DNA from: Mustelus asterias
Lineage: Eukaryota
Assembly: GCF_964213995.1 (NCBI RefSeq)
Contig: NC_135808.1
Span: forward strand, 12,648,001-12,712,000
Length of the DNA: 64,000 bases
Reading direction: 5' to 3'
Every line of letters begins with the position of its first letter. Within the stretch, counting starts at the first letter, position 1. Under the pieces are notes generated by a model. The model had not been told where the DNA came from and did not search any database. It saw nothing but the letters and a program-made list of their open reading frames with translations. The position numbers and the translations under genes are program-made. Of this stretch, positions 38,721 through 50,198 are shown in pieces.

Positions 38721-39630
38721 TCTCCCTCAGTGTACCTGAACAGGCGTCGGAGTGTGGCAACTAGGGATTTTCACAGTGACTTCATTGTAGTGTTAGTGTA
38801 AGCCTACTTGTGATACTAATAAATGAACTCAAAACTTGATTCCCACTGTCAATCTACTAAACGAAATCCTGTAGTTGCTGGACATCGGATACAAAATGCT
38901 CAAAACTTAGTAAATCAGGCAGTACTTACATAAACTGAAATAGTGAACATTTTACATCCAAAAGGTCACTGGCCTGAAATATATTCTCCGCTTCTTTCTA
39001 CACAATTGCTCAATTTGTCCAGCATTTATGCTCAACTGACGACTGAGTGACGTTAATCTATATATAGACTGTGCAAACTACATTAGCAATAATAGTGACA
39101 AATTAATTTCCGAGTATGACTACAGTTTTGTTTTGGACCAGCATGTTTGGATAATTTCTCGTGAAAGTGGTGAATTCCTATAAGAGGTTATTTCGGCGTG
39201 CTGTGACTAATTATCTTTTTGGAACAATTCTGCAATTTTAACCAAGGAAAAATCTGGGTGGAAACGAGTGGCGAGAAGGAAATAAAGAGGCTGAATGGGC
39301 TGTACAGACTGGATACAGGGATAGCGTAACCTCTGGCTTGGGGAAGACTTGAGTCTAGAAAAAGGGCTCACAATGTCAGGACACGGAGTAGGCCATTTAG
39401 CACTGAATTTTCTTCACAGAGGCTGTGGAGGCCACGACACTGAATGTAACTTAAAAATAGATCTCTAGACAGTAAAGGAATTAAGGAGTATGGGGAGTGA
39501 GTAAGAGGTAGAGGAACAAACATGATCACACTGAATGGTGGAGCAGGCTAAAATGGCCTACTCCTTTGAGAGGAGGTCACCAGCACAGGCTGGATGATGC
39601 CACATTAGAATTATCTTCCTTTTCCATATT

Positions 39631-39889
39631 AAAGTTTATTTATTTATGAGTCAAGTAGGTTTACATTAACACTGCAATGGAGTTACTGTGAAAATCCCCT
39701 AGATGCCACACTCCGGCACCTGTTCGGGTACAGAGGGAGAATTTAGCAGGGCCAATTCACCTAACTTGCACATCTTTGGACTGTGGGAGGAAACCCACGC
39801 TGACACGGGGAGAACATGCAAACTCCACATAGACAGTGGCACAAGCCGGGAATGCTGTGAGGCAGCAGTGCGAACCACTGTGCCGCCCC
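39631..39889 (-). mobile_element. tRNA SINE (alternative-tail subfamily)
   Basis: Head gggcggcacagtggttcgcactgctgcc; tail ataaataaataaacttt. Confidence 0.78.
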
Positions 39890-40145
39890 TCATCACTACA
39901 CTGATGTAGTTTGGCTCAGGGAGCGACAAGCTTCAAGTGGGTCTTTTGCACCTCCTCTGGGATATTTGCAGTGTCTGGTATACGCAGCTTGCATTTCAAT
40001 TCTTTTGCCTTAGGGATAAGGGGTTTATAGTTTTGTCTTCAGCAAAAACAACAACCACAAATTCTGTGTCACCTTTCTTAAGTTTGGTACTGAATAATTC
40101 ATGAGCGGCAACACTTCCAAGTGACAAAGCAATTAAGCTACTTAC

Positions 40146-40451
40146 CAATGAGTTTCAAAATTCTCCTTCCTCTCAGTTCTCCTCCTGTTGTGATTTTATA
40201 AATTCCTTCGTCTCTAGATGTTACATTCATTACCGTCAGAGCGCCAGTGGAAACATTATAATATAAACGAAACTCAAACTGTTCATTTGGCTCCTGTTTG
40301 GGCAAATTTGGTGCGTAATCGAAAATAGTAAAAAGGTTTCCACCACTGTCTGTGAACTCCCATATTACATCAATGCTCCTCAGATCTTCATCAATTTTAA
40401 GGTCCAGTGAAGGTGATGAACCAACAGCAGCAAGTACTTCTTCCTGCCCAA
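40146..40451 (-). CDS. IgV-like N-terminal domain exon without the canonical Cys pair (CD2/CD58/SLAM type)
   Basis: Acceptor tttgttttgtcaatcAG and donor GTAAG, 306 nt, phase 1-1. Motifs VIWEF, FRLYYNVSTGALTVMNVTSRDEGIY. Confidence 0.9.
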
Positions 40452-40662
40452 CTGATTGACAAAACAAAGTAAGTTAAATACTGGCAGTGAAACGTCAAGA
40501 AAAACAACAATAAATAACTGACTTATTGGGAGCTCAGAACCTGGATTTCTGAGGGCAGAGATTCCATGATGTGGAGATGCCGGCGTTGGACTGGGGTAAA
40601 CACAGTAAGAAGTTTAACAACACCAGGTTAAAGTCCAACAGGTTTATTTGGTAGCAAAAGCC

Positions 40663-40701
40663 ACACAAGCTTTCGGAGCTGCAAGCCCCTTCTTCAGGTG
40701 A
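40663..40701 (-). ncRNA. Minimal hammerhead ribozyme (sense to the host Ig gene, intron 1)
   Basis: cac-CTGAAGA-aggggcttgcagctcc-GAAA-gc-TT-gtg. Confidence 0.68.
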
Positions 40702-40947
40702 GTGGGAATTCTGTTCACAAACAGAGCATATAAAGACACAAACTCAATTTACATGAATAATGGTTGGAATGCGAAAACTTACAACTAATCAAGTCTTTAA
40801 GAAACAAAATTATCCAAACATGCTGGTCCATTGTAGTTGTTTTGTTTCTTAAAGACTTGATTAGATCTAAGTATTCGCATTCCAACCATTATTCATGTAA
40901 ATTGAGTTTGTGTCTTTATATGCTCTGTTTGTGAACAGAATTCCCAC

Positions 40948-40986
40948 TCACCTGAAGAAGGGGCTTGGAGCTCCGAAAGCTTGTGT
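40948..40986 (+). ncRNA. Minimal hammerhead ribozyme
   Basis: cac-CTGAAGA-aggggcttggagctcc-GAAA-gc-TT-gtg. Confidence 0.68.
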
Positions 40987-41306
40987 GACTTTTGCTACCA
41001 AATAAACCTGTTGGACTTTAACCTGGTGTTGTTAAACTTCTTACGGCAGAGATTCCACACAGGTTCAGCAATCTGCAACTCTGAAAATAAAGCCTCGTGC
41101 TTGGTTTGCTCTGTTTCAAGCTTCACTAATGCGTGGCAGAAATCTTAATGAATGCTATATTTGTACTGCAAGATGTCAGTGTTCCTCTACTCTACCTAAA
41201 TTGACACCTTCCAGGTAATAAGTGACTTTTTTCCCCCAACCTGAACTACTTCACATTTATCCACATTGAACTTTAGTAATTTACCATTCTGTTAGTTTAT
41301 TAATTT

Positions 41307-44105
41307 AGAAACATAGAAAAACTACAGCACAAAACAGGCCCTTCGGCCCCACAAGTTGTGCCGAACATATCCCTACCTTTTAGGCCTACCTATAACCCGC
41401 CATCCTATTAAGTCCCATGTACTCATCCAGGAGTCTCTTAAAAGACCCTATTGAGTTTGCCTCCACCACCACTGACGGCAGCCGATTCCACTTGCCCACC
41501 ACCCTGTGTGAAAAACTTCCCCCTAACATTTCCCTGTACCTACCCCCCCAACACCTTAAACCTGTGTCCTCTCGTAGCAGCCATTTCCACCCTGGGAAAA
41601 AGCCTCTGAGACTCCACCCGATCTATGCCTCTCAACATCTTATATACCTCTATTAGGTCTCCTCTCATCCTACGTCTCTCCAAGGAGAAAAGACCGAGCT
41701 CCCTAAGCCTATCCTCATAAGGCATGCCACTCAATCCAGGCAACATCCTTGTAAATCTCCTCTGCACCCTTTCAATCTTTTCCACATCCTTCCTGTAATG
41801 AGGCGACCAGAACTGAGCACAGTACTCCAAGTGGGGTCCGACGAGGGTCTTATATAGCTGCATCATTGTCCCCGGACTCAACTCAATCCCTCGATTGATA
41901 AAGGCCAGCACACCATACGCCTTCTTAACCACCTCCTCCACCTGCGGGGCCGATTTAAGAGTCCTATGGACCCGGACCCCAAGGTCCTTCTGATCCTCGA
42001 CAGTACTAAGAGTCTTTCCCTTTGTATTGTACTCCTTCATCCCATTTGACCTTCCAAAATGGACCACTACGCATTTATCTGGGTTGAAGTCCATCTGCCA
42101 CTTCTCTGCCCAGTCTTGCATCCTATCTATGTCCCTCTGTAACTTCTGACATCCCTCCAGACTATCCACAACCTCACCAACCTTCGTGTCGTCAGCAAAC
42201 TTACCAACCCATCCCTCCACTTCCTCATCCAGGTCATTTATGAAAATGACAAACAGCAAGGGTCCCAGAACAGATCCCTGGGGACACACCACTGGTGACC
42301 GACCTCCATTTAGAAAAAGACCCATCTATACCCACTCTCTGCCTCCTTTGGGCAAGCCAGTTCTGGATCCACAGGGCAGCAGCCCCTTGGATCCCATGCC
42401 CTCTCACTTTTTCTAGAAGCGTTGCATGGGGGACCTTACCGAACGCCTTGCTAAAATCCATATAAACCACATCTACCGCTTTCCCTTCGTCAATGTGTTT
42501 AGTCACATTTTCGAAGAACTCCACCAGGCTCGTAAGGCACGATCTGCCTTTGACAAAGCCATGCTGAGTATTCTTGAGCATACTAAACCTCTCTAAATGC
42601 TCATAAATCTTGTCCCTCAGGATCTTCTCCATCAGCTTACCAACCACTGAGGTTAGACTCACCGGTCAGTAATTTCCTGGGCTATCCCTATTCCCTTTCT
42701 TGAAAATAGGAACCACATCCGCAATCCTCCAGCACGTCCCCCGTCTCATCGACGACGCAAAGATCATTGCCAGAGGCTCGGCAATCTCTTCCCTTGTCTC
42801 CCACAGTAACCTGGGGTACATCCCATCCGGACCCGGCGACTTATCTATCTTGATGCCATTCAAAGATTCCAGCACAACCTCTTTGTTAAAGTCCACATAC
42901 TCAATCTTTTCAGTCCACCGCAAGCCCACAGTACATCCACCCAGGTCCTTCTCCTCTCTGAAAACCGAGACAAAATACTCATTAAGCACCTCTGCCATTT
43001 CTACTGGTTCCGTACAGACTTTCCCGCCTTCACCTTTTATAGGCCCTATTCCTTCACGTCTCATCCTTTTACTCTTCACGTATTTATAGAACGCCTAAGG
43101 GTTTTCCTTAATCCTACCTGCCAAGGCCTTCTTGTGACCCCTTCTGGCTCTCCTAATTTCCTTCTTTAGTCCCTTCCTACAAGCCATATACTCATCTAGA
43201 TCCCTATCTTCGCCAAGCTCTCTGAACCTTTTGTACGCTTTCCTTTTCTTCTCGACTAGGTCCCGCACAGCTTTCGTGCACCACGGTTCCTTTAACCTAC
43301 CAACTCCTCCCTGTCTGCTCGGAACGTTGTCCTGTCGAACTCTAGACAAACATTCCTTGAAAAACTGCCACGTCTCTTCAGTACATTTCCACGAGAATAC
43401 CTCCTTCCAATTTACTCCTCTAATTTGCTGCCTTATGTCTTCATATTTCCCCTTACTCCATATAAACGCTTTCCTAGCTTGCCTGATCCTCTCTTTTTCC
43501 AATGTAAGCAGAAAGGAATAGAGTTATGATCGCTATCCCCAAGATGCTCTCCCACAGAGATCTGACACCTGACCAGGTTCATTGGTCAGTATCAGATCAA
43601 GTACAGCCTCTCCTCTTGTAGGCTTGTCCACATGCTGCGTCAGGAAACCCTCCTGAGCACACCTAACCAACTCCTCCCATCCAATCCCCTTACCCTAGGG
43701 ATATTCCAATCTATGTTTGGGAAATTAAAGATTCCCATCACAACAACTCTGCTATTATTGCAACTCTCCAGGATCTGTTTCCCTATCTGCTCCTCCACCT
43801 CCCTGTTACTATTGGGCGGCCTATAGAAAACTCCCAGCAAAGTGATCGACCCCTCCCCACTCTGAACTTCCACCCACAGAGACTCTGTAGACAATCCCTC
43901 CACAGCATACACCTTCTCTACAGCTGTGGCACTATCCCTGATCAGCAGTGCCACTCCACCCCCTCTCTTGCCTCCCTCCCTGTCCTTCCTGAAACATCTG
44001 AATCCCAGCACCTGGAGTATCCAGTCCCGTCCCCGAGACATCCAAGTCTCCGTAATGGCCACCACATCACACTTCCAGGCATCGATCCACGCTCTGAGCT
44101 CATCC
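41307..44105 (-). mobile_element. CR1 ORF2 with frameshifts plus 3' UTR, intronic
   Basis: ORFs 43640-44065 (AITETW), 43095-43502, 42666-43079, 42234-42662 and 41540-42325. Confidence 0.92.
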
Positions 44106-44595
44106 CCTGCATTTCCTGCACTTACTTGCAGTTCTTCTCAGTATTAACTATTGTGCTTCTTTCAAATTTACCAATTGTGCTTTTGGTTCCAAAATGCCAG
44201 TTATCAATATAAATTGTGAGCAGCAATGGCTCCAGCAATGATCCGTGTGGAACAATAGCTCCCACTTCTGCCACTCTTAACTACCTTTGCACTGAAGTTA
44301 TCTGGCAATCCACTCTCTCACTTGGGTCCAGTGGCTTCATATGCACTAATTATATTCATTGGTCTCTGATGGACACCTTACTTAATGTCTCTTGAAAATG
44401 CAGATAAATATCTACTAGTTTACTACTACTTACAGGTTACTATTAGTTATAGGTTGGATACAAGAGCATTGAACTTAATATTGACATGTATGTAACTGAT
44501 GGTATTAAGTTATTCCCAGCATTTGCCTTTGGAGAGATGTGTCAGCGTTACTATCCATTATCAGCACCATTTCAATTAATTACCATTGATTATTG

Positions 44596-44915
44596 GGTGG
44601 CACTGTGCCGCAGTGGTTAGCACTGCTGCCTCACACTGCCAGGGACCCGGTTTCAATTCCAGCCTCGGGTCACTGTCCGTGTGGAGTTTGCACGTTCTCA
44701 CCATGTCTGTGTGGGTTTTCTCCGGGTGCTCCGGTTCCCTCCCACAGTCCAAAGATGTGAGAGTTAGATGGATTGGCCTTGCTAAATTGACCGTAGTGTC
44801 AGGAGGATTAGTAGGGTAGATGTGTGGGGTTGTGGGAATAGGCCCTGGATGGGACTGTGGTTGGTGCAGACTCGATGGGCCGAATGGCCTCCTTCTGTAC
44901 TGTAGGGATTCTATA
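44596..44915 (+). mobile_element. HE1-like SINE
   Basis: Head gggtggcactgtgccgcagtggttagcactgctgcc; tail tgtagggattctat. Confidence 0.85.
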
Positions 44916-45540
44916 ATTCTATTATTGGTGAAACTGAAGTTCTCCAAACTACAGTTGCTCTTCACCACCCCCTACAAGTCAACACCTGTCTTTGATTTAT
45001 TCTCTTCAACAAGTCCAGGACGGCTTTGTCTTCCCTTCTTTCTTGAACATTTGTTCATAACAGATGCTGGCAGTAAACCCAGGAACAAAGTTGTAATTGC
45101 AGAATAATCTAATTCAAGGCAAGGATATTCCATATTATTTACAAATGGCATCTAAATCAAACAGGAAAGCTGCAAAAATTTGTCCACCCCGATTTCCAAA
45201 ACCGCATTCCTTTGGGACTTGAACACTTGAAAAGTAACATGATTCCAGACAGCAACAGAAACAAAAGTAGAATCGCAATTATTTAACTTCAGTACATCCG
45301 CAGCATAATTTTTAAACTTCAGTACAACATCGTCAGCATAATTAAACTTCACGTTTTGTAAATATGAAAATCTGTGTTCTGAAGTAATTGAGGAAAAACA
45401 GTTACACAGTTTACAGCTAAATCCTCCACATCAGACGAAGACACAAATCTCAGTGAAATCCCCTCTCCGCAGCCCATGACATTTTACATTTTTCTGCAGA
45501 AAGGTGGCTGCTGCGCCGGCCCTGACAAAGATGGCGATGT

Positions 45541-45868
45541 TAGAATCATAGAATCCTCCAGTGCAGGAAGAGGCCATTCGGCCCATCGAGTCTACACCGA
45601 CCACAATCCCACCCAGGTCCTATCCACATATCTACCCACTAACCACTCTAACCTATGCATCCCGAGACACTAAGGGGCAATGTAGAATGGCCAATCAACC
45701 TAACCCGCACATCTTTGGACTGTGGGATGAAACTGGAGCACCCGGAGGAAACCCACGCAGACACGAGGAGAATGTGCAAACTCCACACAGACAGCGACCC
45801 GAGCCGGGATTCAAACCCAGGCCCCTGGAGCTGTGAAGCAGCAGTGCTAACCACTGTGCTACCGCACG
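45541..45868 (-). mobile_element. HE1-like SINE
   Basis: Similar to 16488-16836. Confidence 0.88.
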
Positions 45869-46287
45869 CCCACCCCGACAGGAGCAGACAGCCCCTCTCT
45901 CGGTGCAAACGCAGGACCTGTAGGTTCTTATTCGTGGTTTTTGGGCTACACAAGATGTTCACAAAACCTCCTAGCTCGACCGCCATGTTTGTTGCTGGCT
46001 CCCCTCCAGAAGGGCTGGGCCCCGGCCCCGGTCTGTCTCTGAAGAGGCGGCGGCGGAGGGCGGGGAGAGGGGCTCACAACCCCATCCCCTGTTTGTGTGA
46101 CCCACAGTTTGGGAAAACACTGGAATGTGATTTACTGTGAAAGGAAACCCGGGAGCGGGGCCAACTCCGCTGCGACAACACACTCACTCACTCAAAACAA
46201 ACTCAGTTCCAGCCACATTTAAACATTTCCAACTCCCGTTTCCCGAGAAATTTTTTTTAAAATAATTTCTCCAATTAACATCCTTAC

Positions 46288-46364
46288 CTCCCACACCGAT
46301 CAGCGGGAAGGAGGCCGAGGGAAAAGCAGCCGAGAAACATAATGATGAATCCCACTGGGTCCAT
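46288..46364 (-). pseudogene. Frameshifted paralogous leader exon (MDPVGFIIMFLGCFSLGLLPADRCG, phase 2)
   Basis: Homologous to 47127-47208 with the same GAG|GTAAGG donor but 77 nt rather than 82 nt, so out of phase with the IgV exon. Confidence 0.65.
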
Positions 46365-46419
46365 AAATATGGAGCCCTGATACAGACCCAGCTCCGATCG
46401 CACTCACCCTCAGACTCCA

Positions 46420-46700
46420 GGTTTGCACGAGAGCGCGCACGCGCCGTCACCTCATTCCTCCACTAAGCGCACATGCGCGGTCACCACTTTCCCTCAGCGC
46501 GGTCACGTCATTCCCAAAGCACGCATGCGCGGTTACCAAGTTCATCCATTGACTACACAAGTCCCTCCCCCACCACGCAACTCACCCAAATCACTCTTGC
46601 TTCACTCGACCGGCACCGAGAAAAGGCGGATGGGCGCGCGCTGGAGTGCGGCTGCGGCTTCGGATCCGTTTGACAACCGGACCCGGCACTTAGTCCCGAT
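46420..46700 (-). promoter_or_regulatory. CpG-rich promoter-like segment with NRF1-like motifs
   Basis: gcgcacatgcgc and gcacgcatgcgc motifs; high CpG density directly upstream of the leader at 46364. Confidence 0.45.
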
Positions 46701-47126
46701 TTGGTAAAATCGGCCCCGATGTTTACAAAACCTCCCGATTGAGCGTCCTGTCTGCTCCGGCAGGGAAAGGGCTGGGCCCCGGCCCGCCTCGGAGGAGGCG
46801 GAGGGCGGGGAGAGGGGGCTGGGCCCGGCCCGTCTCTGAGGAGGCGGAGGGCGGGGAGAGGGGGCTGGGCCCGGCCCGTCTCTGAGGAGGCGGAGGGCGG
46901 GGAGAGGGGCTCACAACCCCATCCCCTGTTTGTGTGACCCACAGTTTGGGAAAACACTGGAATGTGATTTACTGTAAAAGGAAACCCGGGAGCGGGGCCA
47001 ACTCCGCTGCGACAACACACTCACTCACTCAAAACAAACTCAATGAGTTGCAGCCACATTTAAACATTTCCTACGACGGTTTCCCAGGAATTAAAAAATA
47101 ATAATTTCTCCAATTGACATCCTTAC

Positions 47127-47208
47127 CTCCCACAGCGATCAGTTCAAAGGTGAGACTGAAGGAAAAGCAGCTGAGGAACAACATGACGGTGAATAGCGGT
47201 GTATCCAT
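47127..47208 (-). CDS. Signal-peptide (leader) exon: MDTPLFTVMLFLSCFSFSLTFELIAVG
   Basis: ATG, hydrophobic core, GAG|GTAAGG donor; 82 nt, phase 1, in frame with the IgV exon. Confidence 0.82.
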
Positions 47209-47350
47209 AAATCTGCAGCCCTGATACAGACACTACACCCCACTCCCGATTCGATCACAGCAACCCTCAGACTCGCTGCAACAGACCGCAGGCAGATTGA
47301 CAAGAGCCGGGCTCCGAGCTGGATATTTATCAATGAGGAACTGAACAGCC

Positions 47351-47631
47351 GTTTTTATATGCAATCAAACTCTCAGCAAGTGAGTCATTCCAGGTCCAAA
47401 ACAAGGCAGGCTCATCACCTCCTGTCTTGGGCTGATCCAAGCTGATTGGAGCAGGCATTGCACTTCGTCCAAGGCTTGATCTCATTTGCATCTCAGCCAA
47501 AAGGCCGAGATGCCGCTTTTAAAAATTGCTTCAAATGAAGCCTCAGCGTAACCTCATGACTTCAACCAATTGCCCTCTTTTTAGGCACAGCAAAACCACA
47601 CTTGATCTTAGCCAAAAGGCCAAGAAGCAAT
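47351..47631 (-). mobile_element. U2-snRNA-headed short element flanked by imperfect direct repeats
   Basis: Head matches U2 nt 1-37, with an internal second U2-like hairpin and an A-rich end. Flanks are aatgaggaactgaacagcc and aatgagggaactaaatagcc. Confidence 0.6.
47595..47631 (-). ncRNA. U2 snRNA 5' fragment (nt 1-37), not a complete gene
   Basis: attgcttcttggccttttggctaagatcaagtgtggt versus U2 atcgcttctcggccttttggctaagatcaagtgtagt (3 mismatches). Confidence 0.85.
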
Positions 47632-47757
47632 GAGGGAACTAAATAGCCACTGCACTGAAAAGCAGAGCCACAAAGCCGGCAGAATGAGCCTTCATCAAGG
47701 AGGTGGAGTCAACAGGGAGCAAGCATTGCCAACCCATGAGTGACAGATTTGGCTCAG

Positions 47758-48235
47758 CACCTGTCCTTAGTGGAGAAATTCTTCCAGAAACACAACTTTG
47801 ACCACATGGCTATCAAGTAGAAATCATAGAAACCCTACAGTGCAGAAAGAGGCCATTCGGCCCATCGAGTCTGCACCGACCACAATCCCACCCAGGCCCT
47901 ATCCCCACATATTTACCCGCTAATCCCTCTAACCTACGCATCTCAGGACACTAAGGGGCAATTTAAGCATGGCCAATCAACCTAACCCGCACATCTTTGG
48001 AATGTGGGAGGAAACCGGAGCACCCGGAGGAAACCCACGCAGACACGAGGAGAATGTGCAAACTCCACACAGACAGTGACCTAAGCCGGGAATCGAACCC
48101 AAGTCCCTGGAGCCGTGAAGCAGCAGTGCTAACCACTGTGCTAACCACTGTGCTACCGTGCCGCCCGTATATCTATCGTTTGCAACGTGTTATTTGAGTT
48201 TTTTTTATGAATAAAGTATATTTTTGAAATAAAAA
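47758..48235 (+). mobile_element. Tx1-type 3' tail insertion at a U2-like site, containing a nested SINE
   Basis: Tail ttttatgaataaagtatatttttgaaataaaaa; 15-bp TSD acagatttggctcag (47743-47757 and 48236-48250). Confidence 0.72.
47819..48166 (-). mobile_element. HE1-like SINE (young)
   Basis: Near-identical to 16488-16836, with a duplicated gctaaccactgt. Confidence 0.9.
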
Positions 48236-49896
48236 ACAGATTTGGCTCAGATCAAGTGAGTAACAGATTACAGGCCTAGACCTCACCAACGGAAGTAATT
48301 TGTCCAAAAATCCGCAAAGTGACAAAGCACAAAAAAAAATGCTGAGAAAAATCTTAGCAGGTCTGACAGCATCTGTGGAGAGAGAATAGAGCCAACGTTT
48401 CGAGTCAGGGTCTTTCCATCCGCCTGCAGTAGTGGAGGTAATTATTTGAAAATTTGGACTGACATTCAATGCAAATTCCTTGGTTGTTGAGGGAATGAGG
48501 AGGAGCAGTTGGTGGGTGACAGACGGCTGGGATTGTAGCAAACGCTTCTCACCATGCACCTGCCACTGTCCTTTTCAGCATTAGGTGGAATTTTACCAAA
48601 GTTTGCCAAGAGTGTCAGACTGAAAACCAGCATGTCTCTTTGCAGACCCACAGCTGAGTTTTCAGACCAGATTTTCTGGCCCTGTGGACAAACAATCTGG
48701 GGGTGGGGCCTAATGGGGTCAGCAAGGCCGCCAGCCTGGTGATACCATTCCACCCACTCTGCTTTGTACCCTGACTACGCAGAGTGCTGTAAGAAGTGTA
48801 AACCGAACATGTGCTACTACTGATCACCTCTTTAATGCTTTAATACTAAAATTCCGAAAGGTGTGCAGAAGCAAAACTTCACTGTGTGTCTATGTGCGTA
48901 TGTGCTGATACTGTGGTTGAGACTATTATCATTCCCAGTAACCCTGCTGTGTGGCAAGTGAACATTGAATGCAATTAGTAATTCCCGTTACTGCACCATC
49001 AAAAGTTCAAATAGACCTGCTACTCGATGAAGGCCGAGTTGGAAGAGGAGTCAGATGTGAATGGGACTGATTTTCCTACAAAAGTAGAAACTCGCAGCTT
49101 TAGGATTTATAATGGCTGCTGCTAACATAGGGACGATTTGCCTGAGGCATTGAAAAGAAAGTTAATGGTGTGTCCTGCCTGATGATCACCATTTTAAACT
49201 TTACAGAATGAAGCTCTTGAGGGATAGTGATGCCACGGAGCACTTTATTGAAAAATAGCAAATTAGGTAGCCACTGGTGACAAATGGAAACTTTTAATTT
49301 GCTGCCAATAGCAAAATTTCACGATTTTGAACTGCTATGATATGCTCAGCCTTACATGCATTCATTCCTTTGAAGCTACTTAATTTGCACCTGCCAAGCT
49401 CGAGGGAACTGGAGTAAATTAAAGTCAGTATAAATAAGACTCTAGTCTGGCAAAGGCCTGTGCCACTGAAAGAAAATTGTGTGGCCACAAGTAATAGTAA
49501 CTGTCAAAAGTTTCCCAAAGCAGCTCACGGTGAAGTCGGGAATGGGTTAATGAACTTTGTCACACTTAAGCATTAAGACCCGAACTCTGTGATTTTGTTG
49601 AGAACACTGCAGAGTTCATGTTTTTGTCAGAGTTCGGTGTTTTTCATGTCTGTGCCAGATAAGAGGAACAGCTTTTCTTGTTATTAAGAAATGCGATTAA
49701 CCCAGCTCGAAATAAGCTAAACAGTCTCCATTTTTATGTACCTTTGTTTAACACGATGGAGTTGACATGTATGCCTTCTGTCTTTGTATAACCATAGATT
49801 TATATATATATATTCATCATACGTTATTCATCTTATCCTGATATAAAGTATTATACAAATTTGTATGTATATTAGTTAACTTGTTTGTGCAAAACC

Positions 49897-50198
49897 TGTG
49901 ATGTTGTTGCAAGGATATAAATGACGAACAATCGTGGCCTTGGAGATCAAACAAACTACGCAGAGAGAGGAAGATACTGCTAAAACAACAAGAATCTCAC
50001 CATGAACAATGACAGACATCTTAGAGAATTGCAATGTAATGAGGGCGGGGCCCGGGACATATATAAACTCTTTTCTTACTTGTGTTCGATGAGAAGGTTG
50101 GGGGTCCACTGTTAGGAACCTCACCTCTCCCACAATTGTGAAAATAAACACTGCATTTTGAACCACTAATAGTGTCAGAGGTTTTTTTACCTACAACA
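49897..50198 (+). mobile_element. Possible solo LTR
   Basis: TG...ACAACA ends, GC box plus TATATAA at ~50045-50068, AATAAA at ~50142; no clean TSD. Confidence 0.4.

Larger units (their letters stand above)
40567..41044. mobile_element. Non-coding Penelope-like palindromic insertion with two hammerheads
   Basis: About 205-bp inverted arms; 13-bp TSD ggcagagattcca (40554-40566 and 41045-41057). Confidence 0.92.
45953..47270. repeat. Tandem duplication (offset ~0.84 kb) of the leader-exon/CpG region
   Basis: 46060-46205 is nearly identical to 46895-47042. Three ~40-bp GC-rich internal repeats lie at 46770-46910. Confidence 0.88.

Noticed and set aside
40452-40481. Alternative upstream acceptor that could rescue the phase-2 leader
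   Set aside because: Splicing there gives AGT ATT TAA, an immediate stop.
47595-47631. Functional U2 snRNA gene
   Set aside because: Only nt 1-37 are present; there is no Sm site or 3' stem-loops.
49876-50166. Hydrophobic ORF as a further TM exon
   Set aside because: It overlaps an LTR-like segment on the opposite strand, lies upstream of the 47208 leader and IgV exons, and has no similarity to the real TM exons.
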